A stretch of 64,000 nt of DNA from contig CAMVMK010000006.1 in the NCBI GenBank assembly GCA_947168585.1, forward strand, positions 15,984-79,983. The letters run 5' to 3'. The DNA is from an uncultured Fretibacterium sp. (GTDB taxonomy: Bacteria; Synergistota; Synergistia; Synergistales; Aminobacteriaceae). Positions within the stretch are counted from its first letter, which is position 1; each line of letters begins with the position of its first letter. The notes below the pieces were generated by a model that made no database searches, was not told the origin of the DNA, and saw only the letters and a list, made by a program, of their open reading frames with translations. Below are positions 28,442 through 40,101 of this stretch, in pieces. A program made the position numbers and the translations under genes.

Positions 28442-29351
28442 ATTAAAAGTTCCTGCTACGACTGCGAATTTAGGCTCAGGCTTTGACACTTTGGGAATGG
28501 CATTGAGTCTTTACAACATTTTCACGATCAAAGAAATTTTGCCCGAAGGCGAATATAAATGCGAAATTTACGGCGAGGGTGCTGACGAACTCAAAGACGC
28601 GTCTAAAAATTTACTTGTTACAAGTTATATTAAAGCCTGCGAAGAATGGAATTTGCCCGTAAAAGGATTTTCGTTTGAAAGCTGTAACGCTGTACCGTTA
28701 AATAGGGGCTTAGGAAGTTCATCGACTGCAGTTGTTGCGGGAGTTGTTTTAGCAAATTTATTAGGCAATGCAAATAAATCTGAAAATGAATTATTGCGCG
28801 TTATGACAAAAATCGAGGGACACCCTGATAACGTTGTGCCTTGTTATGTCGGAGGTATGACTGTTTCATGCTGGGACGGCGAAACTTTACGCTGTGTTAA
28901 ACTTCCTGCTCTGCCTGAAGATTTGAACGTTATAGCCGCTGTGCCGGATTTTCAAGTTCATACTGAAGACGCAAGAAAAATTTTACCTGAAAACGTACCA
29001 TTTAAGGATGCTGTTTTTAATGTCAGCCACGCGAGTATTTTGTGTGCTGCTTGGGCAATGGGGCGTTGGGATTTATTGCGAGTAGGAATGGAAGACAGAC
29101 TGCACCAGCCTCACAGAGCAAAATTATTTCCCGGCAGTACGGGCGAGAAATTTCTTCACGAAATTAATCATCACCCGGATTGCGTAGCTACTGCGATAAG
29201 CGGTTCAGGGCCTACAATGATTGCTATTGTTCACGGTAAAGCCGGAAAATTATCGCAGGCAATGTGCAAAATTTTTACGGACGGAGGCGCGGCCTCACAC
29301 TTTTTTGTGCTTAATTGCGCCGCTTCAGGAACAGTAATTGAAAGCAATTAG
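28434..29351 (+). CDS. thrB: homoserine kinase
   Basis: GHMP kinase motif (PLNRGLGSSSTAVVAG). Overlaps the thrC stop. Confidence 0.9.
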   Translation: MIRLKVPATTANLGSGFDTLGMALSLYNIFTIKEILPEGEYKCEIYGEGADELKDASKNLLVTSYIKACEEWNLPVKGFSFESCNAVPLNRGLGSSSTAVVAGVVLANLLGNANKSENELLRVMTKIEGHPDNVVPCYVGGMTVSCWDGETLRCVKLPALPEDLNVIAAVPDFQVHTEDARKILPENVPFKDAVFNVSHASILCAAWAMGRWDLLRVGMEDRLHQPHRAKLFPGSTGEKFLHEINHHPDCVATAISGSGPTMIAIVHGKAGKLSQAMCKIFTDGGAASHFFVLNCAASGTVIESN

Positions 29352-29397
29352 GAATTAAGAGTTAGGAATTAGGAATTAAAAAACGCAAATTTCTAAA
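29348..29397 (+). repeat. heptad AGG-repeat hairpin after thrB
   Basis: TTAGGAATTAAGAGTTAGGAATTAGGAATT...AATTTCTAA. 9-bp stem (29369-29377 with 29388-29396) with one G.U in the sense transcript. Confidence 0.75.
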
Positions 29398-29420
29398 GTT
29401 CGTGTTATAATACTTAAAAG

Positions 29421-29456
29421 AAATTCCCGAAACGATCCGGGAATTTTTATTTTATT
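29421..29456. terminator. intrinsic terminator downstream of thrB
   Basis: AAATTCCCG-AAACGATC-CGGGAATTT followed by TTATTTTATT. Confidence 0.8.
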
Positions 29457-29596
29457 ACTACATTTATTACTATAAAAATCTTAAAAATTTTTCATGTTCA
29501 TCAAATTTTACAGAGACTAATCTGAAAAATTTTGAAGAGCTTAAAAAATTCAAAGCCTTGATTAAAAAGTTTGATTTAGATTCAAATTTTCAAACT

Positions 29597-30085
29597 TTAT
29601 TTTAGATTTTTCATATTTTTCTCTAAAGCTAAGAGTTTTTCTTTTCTAAAAATCCCGGCCGAGTAGCCGGTTAAACTTCCGTCTGAACCGATAACTCTAT
29701 GGCAGGGAATAATAATTAAAATCGGGTTATGAGCTAACGCGACACCGACCGGACGGGCAGTCTTGATCTCTAAATCTTTTGCGAGTGCGCCGTAAGTCGT
29801 AGTTTGTCCGTACGGAATTTTTAACAGAAGATTCCAAGCTCTTCTCTGAAAATTTCTGCCCATTATATGAAGAGGCGGAGTAAAATCCGGATTTTTTCCT
29901 GAAAAATATATATCTAACCATTCGGCCGCTTGCGACAAAATCGGTGTCTTTTCTAGTGAGTGTACGGGCTCGAGCTTCTCAGCAAAATATTTTTGCCCCT
30001 CAAACCACAAACCCGTCAAGCCCTCATCATCTGCTGCAAGTAAAATATTTCCCAGCGGCGATTCATATTTGTTAGTATACTGCAT
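29597..30085 (-). CDS. ogt: methylated-DNA-protein-cysteine methyltransferase
   Basis: IIPCHRVIGSDGSLTGY active-site motif. The start at MQYTNKYESPLG (30085) is preferred over the longer track ORF, which overlaps the upstream gene. Confidence 0.85.
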   Translation of the reverse strand: MQYTNKYESPLGNILLAADDEGLTGLWFEGQKYFAEKLEPVHSLEKTPILSQAAEWLDIYFSGKNPDFTPPLHIMGRNFQRRAWNLLLKIPYGQTTTYGALAKDLEIKTARPVGVALAHNPILIIIPCHRVIGSDGSLTGYSAGIFRKEKLLALEKNMKNLK

Positions 30086-30086
30086 T

Positions 30087-31403
30087 TTATTCAACTCCTG
30101 CTGCAAAATTATAATCTTCTGCGACTGATACAACAAAATCTTTCACGAGAGCATCAGCCTTAACTTCAATTTTACCGTCGCGGACTTTTTCATATTGACG
30201 CGGCATAAATTGGCGTAAAAGTCCCGGCAAAATATCATTTTTAGAGATTAAAACGTCAATGTTTGCAAATAATTTTTTGATTGAATTTTTAATTTCAGGA
30301 TTGCTTAAATAATATCTGCACCTGTCTGAATAACTGTATCTGCGTGCTAAAAATTTATCGCGTTCGGTGCCGTGATAATGTTTTTGCCAATTTGCAGGAT
30401 TTTCAAGCATAATTTTTTCAAGAGTTTCAATGAAATCAGCGCGGTTTTCGTTCATTAGTTCCCGTTCAATCATGCTTAGAGCAAATAAACCCTCACGCAA
30501 TGCAAAAGTTAAAGCCGGGCCGACTTTCAAAATTTTAACGCCGTCTTCAACCATTTCGCGCAATTTTTCTTTAGGCTGATAATCAGTAGAATGTCCCTCG
30601 AAAATTATATTTTTGTATTTTTTGAGAGCCTGAGAAAGTTCTTTTGCAGCGTTTCTATCATAAAAATGAATATCTTTGTCGCCGAACTCAACGCCGGGCT
30701 GAACAACAACGCCGATAACATCATTCCAACGCTCAGAAAGTCCGTACTCGTCAAATTTTTCGCGGTAAATTCTCAAAGTGTTTTCAAAATCGCTGACTTT
30801 TGTAACGGCAAGCCCTGTGTCTTCTTCTTGAGTGCCGCCAGGTATAGGAACTTCAGAGCCGATTATATAAACGGGGCGGATTTCTTCAGGATTTTCACAC
30901 AAAAGTTCTTGATAAGTCTTTTCACATTCACTTAATAAAATTGCTCCGCGCCGTGCAATTTTTTCATCAGAAAGTCTTTCGTTGGGTTCATCGTCAGAAA
31001 GTTTCATGCTTGTATCCAAATGAATTTTTTTGAAACCTGCTTTAACTGCGAGCTTCACGAGTTCGAGAGAGTTTTTCATAGCTTCATCTTCATTCAAATT
31101 TGCCCATACTAAAGGCCCGAAATGATCTGCACCCAAAATGATTTTATTTTTATCGAAGCCGACACGCTCTGCGATTTCAAAAACATAATTCTTAAAATCT
31201 TCCGGAGTCATACCCGTGTAACCGCCGAACTGGTTAATTTGGTTAGCTGTACCCTCGATTAAAATTTCGGTGTTTAATTTTTTTGCCTGTTCAAGAAGAG
31301 CCTCGATAACAAGCTCATTAGCTGTACAATAAGACGGAACGCCGTGAAAAATTTTTTTTACCAACGGATTTGTATTTTGCATAAAAATTTTTTCTCCTTT
31401 CAT
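30087..31403 (-). CDS. GatZ/KbaZ-family tagatose-bisphosphate aldolase accessory / sugar-phosphate epimerase-like protein
   Basis: SYCTANELVIEALLEQA...IEGTANQINQFGGYTGMTPEDF matches the GatZ/KbaZ N-terminal signature. An alternative start at 31382 (MQNTNPL) has AGGAG upstream. Confidence 0.75.
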   Translation of the reverse strand: MKGEKIFMQNTNPLVKKIFHGVPSYCTANELVIEALLEQAKKLNTEILIEGTANQINQFGGYTGMTPEDFKNYVFEIAERVGFDKNKIILGADHFGPLVWANLNEDEAMKNSLELVKLAVKAGFKKIHLDTSMKLSDDEPNERLSDEKIARRGAILLSECEKTYQELLCENPEEIRPVYIIGSEVPIPGGTQEEDTGLAVTKVSDFENTLRIYREKFDEYGLSERWNDVIGVVVQPGVEFGDKDIHFYDRNAAKELSQALKKYKNIIFEGHSTDYQPKEKLREMVEDGVKILKVGPALTFALREGLFALSMIERELMNENRADFIETLEKIMLENPANWQKHYHGTERDKFLARRYSYSDRCRYYLSNPEIKNSIKKLFANIDVLISKNDILPGLLRQFMPRQYEKVRDGKIEVKADALVKDFVVSVAEDYNFAAGVE

Positions 31404-31434
31404 TTTTAATCTCTAACCCCTCACTGTCTTTTCT
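31386..31434. repeat. left copy of the duplicated intergenic spacer flanking higBA
   Basis: AATTTTTTCTCCTTTCATTTTT, then CTAACCCCTCACT heptads, then TCTTTTCT. Same blocks, order and orientation as 32018-32084. Confidence 0.8.
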
Positions 31435-31706
31435 CATGCAAAGATTGCTTCCGGCATTGCAAGTTCACGCGAATTTATTTCACATTGAATTTTATAAAAC
31501 AACATTTTAGAAACTCCAAAGAACGCCGCTAATTTTTCTGATAAATCAGGTGTAATTTCAATTTCATTATTCAAAATAGCCTGCATTTCAGAAACCGGTA
31601 TATTTGCACCTTTTGATACATCGTCAACATCTAAATTCATAGGCAGCATAAAATCTTCAAGCAAATATTCACTCATTTTGGGCAATGGAATAAGATTTTC
31701 ATTCAT
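31434..31706 (-). CDS. higA: HigA-type antitoxin (Xre-family HTH)
   Basis: 90-aa form starting MNENLIPLP, with AGGAG upstream. HTH segment (DVSKGANIPVSEMQAILNNEIEITPDLSEKLAAFFG). Follows higB. Confidence 0.8.
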   Translation of the reverse strand: MNENLIPLPKMSEYLLEDFMLPMNLDVDDVSKGANIPVSEMQAILNNEIEITPDLSEKLAAFFGVSKMLFYKIQCEINSRELAMPEAIFA

Positions 31707-31731
31707 AATTAATAATCTCCTCTTTATATTT

Positions 31732-32013
31732 TTAATGATAATCAACAATTTCAACATCAAAGAAACCCATTTCAGAAACTTTGAAACAAATTCTATACTG
31801 GTCATTTATTCTTATCGAATATTGTCCTCGTCTATCTCCTCTTAATAACTCAAGATGATTTGACGGAGGCACTCGCAAGTCATTCAAATTTTCTGCCTGA
31901 TCCATATAAATGAGCTTTCTTAACGCTATACGCTGAATATTAATCGGCAGCTTTCGTGAAAACTCACGCTCAAAAATCCGTTCAGTTTCCTTATCGGCAA
32001 AACTTAAAATCAT
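31732..32013 (-). CDS. higB: HigB-type toxin (RelE/ParE superfamily, plasmid-maintenance killer)
   Basis: MILSFADKETERIF...LNDLRVPPSNHLELLRGDRRGQYSIRINDQYRICF is the classic HigB pattern. Toxin-first gene order. Confidence 0.8.
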   Translation of the reverse strand: MILSFADKETERIFEREFSRKLPINIQRIALRKLIYMDQAENLNDLRVPPSNHLELLRGDRRGQYSIRINDQYRICFKVSEMGFFDVEIVDYH

Positions 32014-32017
32014 TCAT

Positions 32018-32084
32018 AATTTTTTCTCCTTTCATTTTTCATTTTAAGTCTAACCCCTAACCTCTCACCCCTCACTTCTTTTCT
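32018..32084. repeat. right copy of the duplicated intergenic spacer flanking higBA
   Basis: Same 22-nt block AATTTTTTCTCCTTTCATTTTT, an expanded heptad block CTAACCCCTAACCTCTCACCCCTCACT, and the same TCTTTTCT end abutting a stop codon. Confidence 0.8.
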
Positions 32085-32433
32085 AAAATTCCCATTCGAG
32101 ATAACGGGCTTTCTTTGCATCGTTGCCTGTGCCGTAGCTGAAAAATCCTTTATATCTTCGTGTCGAGTGTCTTTTAATTTTAGCGTTTAAGAGTTCGGCG
32201 CGTGCTATGACTTCATAATTTTTGTCTAAAAATAACATTGTCCCGCCGAAGTTTCTATTATATTTTGATGAGTTTCTGATTGTTACGCTCAAACTGTCGA
32301 AGCTGTAAGCAATGCTCGAATAAGAAAATCCGTCTTTGCCCCTTATAGCTCCGTCAAGAATAACGGCCTCACTGACAGCCGCAAAAATTAAAATCATAAG
32401 GCCGAGCCCAAGAATAATTTTTATTTTTCTCAA
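32083..32433 (-). CDS. hypothetical exported/membrane-anchored protein
   Basis: 116 aa with an N-terminal hydrophobic segment. No recognisable motif. Confidence 0.5.
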   Translation of the reverse strand: MRKIKIILGLGLMILIFAAVSEAVILDGAIRGKDGFSYSSIAYSFDSLSVTIRNSSKYNRNFGGTMLFLDKNYEVIARAELLNAKIKRHSTRRYKGFFSYGTGNDAKKARYLEWEF

Positions 32434-32494
32434 AATTTTTTTCCTCCGTTAAAATCTTCGTGAATTAATAATAGCAAAGGAAGAATAAATTAAA

Positions 32495-32977
32495 ATGCAA
32501 AATTTTTCGCGAGCTCCTTTTTTCCCGATGATGATAGATATTAGCGGCAAAGAAATTTTAATTATCGGAGGCGGCCGGGTTGCTTCAAGACGTGCGGAAA
32601 CTCTTTTGCGGTGCGGAGCAAAAATTACAGCCGTCAGCTTAAATTTTCGTGAAGATTTTCCGGAAGTTTATAAAAAAATTTCGCGCCCTTTTAATCCCGA
32701 TGATGTTCAAGAAAAATTTTCGTTAGTCATTGCTGCTACAAACGATAGAAAAATTAATAATTTAATTTGCTCGGCGGCTAAATCAAAAAAAATTCCCGTG
32801 AATGTCTGCGATAATCAAAGCGAATGCGATTTCTTTTTTCCGTCATTAATTAACGTTGAAAATATCGCCGTTTCAGTCTGCACAGCAGGTCGGGACGTAA
32901 TTTTAACGCGGAAATTATCTGATAAACTCCGCAAAATTCTGCCGTCTTGGGTGAAAAATTTAACTCCTCACTCCTAA
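32495..32977 (+). CDS. sirC: precorrin-2 dehydrogenase / sirohydrochlorin ferrochelatase (SirC/CysG N-terminal type)
   Basis: NAD-binding motif ILIIGGGRVASRRAETLLRCGAKITAVS. The last codons (NLTPHS) are read from a heptad repeat. Confidence 0.75.
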   Translation: MQNFSRAPFFPMMIDISGKEILIIGGGRVASRRAETLLRCGAKITAVSLNFREDFPEVYKKISRPFNPDDVQEKFSLVIAATNDRKINNLICSAAKSKKIPVNVCDNQSECDFFFPSLINVENIAVSVCTAGRDVILTRKLSDKLRKILPSWVKNLTPHS

Positions 32978-33139
32978 CTTCTAACTCCTCACCGTCTTTT
33001 TACGTGCTATAATAGCCGCGTTTAGTAAAATTAATGAAAAACTTGATGATAACTAAGTATTTCACACGATAGTTGGGTATGTTATAATACGTACTATCCA
33101 AGGAACTAAATTTATAACATGTCGTAAACTTCGTGTTTT

Positions 33140-36467
<3,328 letters not shown>

Positions 36468-36473
36468 TTTTTT

Positions 36474-37667
36474 ATGAAGGCTGTAAAATTTTTTGCAGTA
36501 TTATTTTTATTTGTCTTTGCGGCTTCAGCTTGTTTAGCGTCTGAGGCTGTTCCTGATCCGGATTTGAAAGCTACTGTAACAGGCTCATCGCATCAAATGA
36601 TGTCTCAAATTGAAAGAATTGTTTACGGTTATGTTTTGCAGGGCGGATTAATTGAGCGTCTTGCTAAAGTTGAAGAAGATTTATTCGGCCGCAGTCTTCC
36701 CGGCACAATGGCTGAAAGGCACGCCGCTATATTAAATTTCCTCGACACAGGCACGGATGAACAGCCTTCAATGATTTTCAAGTTAGCTATAGCCGAATGG
36801 ATAGTTAATAAAAAAATCAGGGCTTCTGAACCTGCCGCGCGCCGTCTTGAAGACTTAGAAGTAAATTTAACGGGAGCTTCGAGGGGCGGAAGTCCTATCG
36901 TAATGCGTGTAGAAAGTTTATTAGCTACTCTCGTTACTGACCCTGTAATGGCAGAGCCTGTTAATGTGCCAGGCGATACAGTTTTGAAATTCAGATTTAT
37001 GGACGAGTTGAGCCCTGCTACTTCAAAGGCTGGAGATTTTGTCCGTCTTGAACTTGCTAATGATTTAGTCGTAAATCAGCATCTTGTAGCACCTGCCGGA
37101 TCTTTATTAATGACTGAAGTCCGCGAGGTTAAACGTCCCCGAATGTTCGGAGTTCCCGGTGAAGTCAGTTTAAGTTTTGAAAAATTAAAGCCGCTTGGAA
37201 CTCAAAGACCGACTATTTACGCCGGTAAGGCTTCAGAAGCTGCTATAAAAGAAGCCCGCAGAGTAGGCGATAGAGGCGAGGGCGGTATAGTCGGTGCCGG
37301 TGCAGCAAGTTTAGCCGGAGCTGTTTTGCTCGGTCCTGTAGGTTTAGTCAGCGGAGTTTTCATTCGCGGAAATTCTATAAAAATTCCTGCCGGTTCTGTA
37401 ACTTTCCTGCAGACTTCGGGCGACTGCGTTGTGTCATCGTATCCAATTCCTGTAAGCCTTCAGAAACCCGAAAATAATTTAACAAGTTCAATGCCGGGCG
37501 AAAATGATGCTCAACAGGGCAATGCTTACAATCCCGACAGAGATACGATAATTAAGCGCGATGTTTTTAACCGTAATGCTTACGGCGAACCAACTAACTC
37601 CGGCTATGTAAATCCAAGTAACGGCGGTGGAAATTTTGAGCTTCCTCCTGAACAGAGCGTTAATTAA
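36474..37667 (+). CDS. exported protein of unknown function with a glycine-zipper segment
   Basis: Signal peptide (ASACLASEA), central beta-rich region and GGIVGAGAASLAGAVLLGPVGLVSGVF glycine zipper. Confidence 0.6.
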   Translation: MKAVKFFAVLFLFVFAASACLASEAVPDPDLKATVTGSSHQMMSQIERIVYGYVLQGGLIERLAKVEEDLFGRSLPGTMAERHAAILNFLDTGTDEQPSMIFKLAIAEWIVNKKIRASEPAARRLEDLEVNLTGASRGGSPIVMRVESLLATLVTDPVMAEPVNVPGDTVLKFRFMDELSPATSKAGDFVRLELANDLVVNQHLVAPAGSLLMTEVREVKRPRMFGVPGEVSLSFEKLKPLGTQRPTIYAGKASEAAIKEARRVGDRGEGGIVGAGAASLAGAVLLGPVGLVSGVFIRGNSIKIPAGSVTFLQTSGDCVVSSYPIPVSLQKPENNLTSSMPGENDAQQGNAYNPDRDTIIKRDVFNRNAYGEPTNSGYVNPSNGGGNFELPPEQSVN

Positions 37668-38820
37668 AAGAATTTTATTATTACCCGTTGCAATTTTTAC
37701 GGCGGGTATTTTTTTTTCATTTTTTTATTCTCCGGCATTTGCGGCAAGTTCTCAGGCTTCAAACGAGACCGTAAGAATTTTAGAGCGTTGGACTGCTGCT
37801 CATTGGGGGCAGGATTGTTTTGTCTGGATAGTTCATTATCCTGAAGAATTAACTGACGCGTGGGTAGCGGCTGAAGCTGAACGTTCGGGAATGTCTGACT
37901 CTGCCCGCGAAAGATTTAGAGAAAATTTTATTTCCGAATTAAAATTAGAAGAAGCTGAAACTTTTTTAGTGAGCGTTTATTCTTTTGGAATGAGGCCGGT
38001 TGATATTTCGCCCGTTGATGAGAACGTAACTTTAATCACTGCGTCCGGCGAAAGAATTACCCCGATAAAATACGATTCTGCTCTTGATTATCCTGCGGGC
38101 GGAGTAGTTCAGGGGCTTGTGTTTTTCCCGAAACAAAATAATAAAGATTACGCAATAGCCTTAAAAGGAATGAGCGCGAATGAAAGAATTTTCTCGTTTG
38201 CTCCTGCTGAAATTCCTGCACCGGTTAAAAAAACTGAAAAAGAAAATAAAAAAGATGTTGTAGTCGTAAATCTCCCGAAACGTCAGCCCAAAAAGAAAAC
38301 TGAGCCGGAAATTATTACGCCTCCTCCCGCGCCTGCAATTCCTCCGCGACCGATTAAACCTTTATTTGCAGAAGATAATAATTCAACCAGCATGGAAGAC
38401 TTTGTGAACTCCGTTAAAAATAATAATGCTGTCTCAAAAGACGAGAATTCAACCGTAACGCCGAAATCTTCGAGCGCGAAAAATTCCCGGCCTGTTAATA
38501 TCGATAATTCTTATTCGAGCCGAGAGACTGTTTTAAGAAAATTTTTATCGCTGTGGATTGACTTAAATTCTGTTGAAATGTATGAAATGCTTTCAGAAAG
38601 TTCAAAGAAAAATATTTCGCGTGAAAATTTTGCCAAAGCAATTTCAAAGGCTTCAGATTTCCGTGCTAATCTCAAAAAAGGAAATTTCAGAATAGACTGG
38701 CTCGGCGAAGAACGCGCTCAAGTTATCGTAACTCAACGGGCTTTGTTCATAAAGTCTTTAATCACGAAAACTTTAGGCGTTACCCGTGAGGGCTCTGCAT
38801 GGAAAATCGTTTGGTATTAA
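37627..38820 (+). CDS. membrane-anchored protein of unknown function with a Pro/Lys-rich linker
   Basis: N-terminal anchor (LLLPVAIFTAGIFFSFFYSPAFA). The start codon is uncertain (GTG 37627 or TTG 37636, overlapping the previous gene). Confidence 0.55.
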   Translation: MEILSFLLNRALIKRILLLPVAIFTAGIFFSFFYSPAFAASSQASNETVRILERWTAAHWGQDCFVWIVHYPEELTDAWVAAEAERSGMSDSARERFRENFISELKLEEAETFLVSVYSFGMRPVDISPVDENVTLITASGERITPIKYDSALDYPAGGVVQGLVFFPKQNNKDYAIALKGMSANERIFSFAPAEIPAPVKKTEKENKKDVVVVNLPKRQPKKKTEPEIITPPPAPAIPPRPIKPLFAEDNNSTSMEDFVNSVKNNNAVSKDENSTVTPKSSSAKNSRPVNIDNSYSSRETVLRKFLSLWIDLNSVEMYEMLSESSKKNISRENFAKAISKASDFRANLKKGNFRIDWLGEERAQVIVTQRALFIKSLITKTLGVTREGSAWKIVWY

Positions 38821-38856
38821 AATTGCAGTGAGAATTTTAGAAATGAGGAATTAAAA

Positions 38857-39258
38857 ATGACTTCAGCAGTTTTAAGAAGAAAAGCAATCAAAAACGCTAA
38901 ATTTTTTAAGAAAAATCATGCAGCAAAAATATATACAACTACAAAAACAAAACAGACTGCAGAAATTAGTCAACAAGAAAAAGCCGAAGAAGCAGCAAAA
39001 AGGAAATCGGCTATAAAAGAAAAACTCGATTATGAAATTGCTTTCATGACCCCGAAACAGCTTGAAATTCTTACGAATTACGCCCGTTTTCTGAATTGGA
39101 GCGAAATAATTGACAAAGATGATGCCGATTATAACGAAGATGAAGATGACGGGACTTGGGCAGATATGCCTTTAAGTTCTGAGGAAGAAAAAATGATTGA
39201 AGAGAGCCGTAAAAATGGAAATATGCTGACTCTCGAAGAATTTTTAGAAGGACTATAG
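38857..39258 (+). CDS. putative antitoxin for the downstream RelE-family toxin (atypically long, Lys-rich N-terminus)
   Basis: Position 12 nt upstream of relE. The acidic C-terminal segment (LSSEEEKMIEESRKNGNMLTLEEFLEGL) resembles toxin-neutralising tails. No recognisable DNA-binding fold. Confidence 0.45.
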   Translation: MTSAVLRRKAIKNAKFFKKNHAAKIYTTTKTKQTAEISQQEKAEEAAKRKSAIKEKLDYEIAFMTPKQLEILTNYARFLNWSEIIDKDDADYNEDEDDGTWADMPLSSEEEKMIEESRKNGNMLTLEEFLEGL

Positions 39259-39270
39259 AAAATACCGGCC

Positions 39271-39525
39271 ATGTGGAACGTTGAAATCGATAAAGCTGTT
39301 CAAAACAAGATAAAAAAAATTCCCGAACCTGAAAAAGGAAGAATAAAACAGGCAATTATCAAACTTAGAGATATGCCTGAATTACTCGATATAAAAAAAC
39401 TTGTCGGGCGCAGCGGTTATCGTTTACGTGTCGGGAAATGGCGTTTGATTATAGACATTTATGAAGAAAAAAAATTAATAAGTGTCCGTTCCTTAGATTC
39501 ACGCGGTCAGGCTTATAAAGATTAG
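39271..39525 (+). CDS. relE: RelE/ParE-family type II toxin
   Basis: 84 aa. GYRLRVGKWRLIIDIYEEKKLISVRSLDSRGQAY matches the RelE/StbE C-terminal pattern. Confidence 0.8.
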   Translation: MWNVEIDKAVQNKIKKIPEPEKGRIKQAIIKLRDMPELLDIKKLVGRSGYRLRVGKWRLIIDIYEEKKLISVRSLDSRGQAYKD

Positions 39526-39531
39526 ATAATA

Positions 39532-40101
39532 ATGAAACTTAAATTCAAAATCACACCCGTAAGAATTTTTATTGCCGCTCTTTTTATCGGCATCGTAGTT
39601 TTAGCACGCTATGCCATGCGCGACATGAATTTGAACGTAGATTTACTGCGTGAAAGCCTCTTGAAAATGCCCGGCATAGTCATGGAAAATATCCAATTCA
39701 GCCGCGAAGTTTCAGGGGATTTATGGCGCGTAAAAATTCCTTATCTCGAACGCGAGGGAAATTTATACAGCGTCAAATCTCTCAACGTTACACGCGAAAT
39801 TTCAGGCGATAACGGCGAATGGAATTTTATCGGCGATGAAGGTATTTATTCAGCGGACTTAAATATCGCAAGCGTTACAGGTCTTCACGGCAGACTGGAC
39901 TCTAAAAAAAGAGTTTGGAACCTCGAAAGTCCTAAATTAAATTGGACAGAAAAAAATAACACTTTCGTTTTTCCTGAAGGTCTTGTGATTTATGATACTG
40001 AAGTCCTTTTGCGCACCCCTTTAGCGAGCATGGATAACTCCGGCGTGATATTATTAGAACAAGGAGGAGTAATCCAATGGGTAAAGCCTTTAATAAAATG
40101 A
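39532..40101 (+). CDS. lptC: LptC-like periplasmic LPS-export protein
   Basis: N-terminal TM anchor, ~190 aa beta-rich, ATGA-coupled to an OstA-domain gene. Confidence 0.5.
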   Translation: MKLKFKITPVRIFIAALFIGIVVLARYAMRDMNLNVDLLRESLLKMPGIVMENIQFSREVSGDLWRVKIPYLEREGNLYSVKSLNVTREISGDNGEWNFIGDEGIYSADLNIASVTGLHGRLDSKKRVWNLESPKLNWTEKNNTFVFPEGLVIYDTEVLLRTPLASMDNSGVILLEQGGVIQWVKPLIK

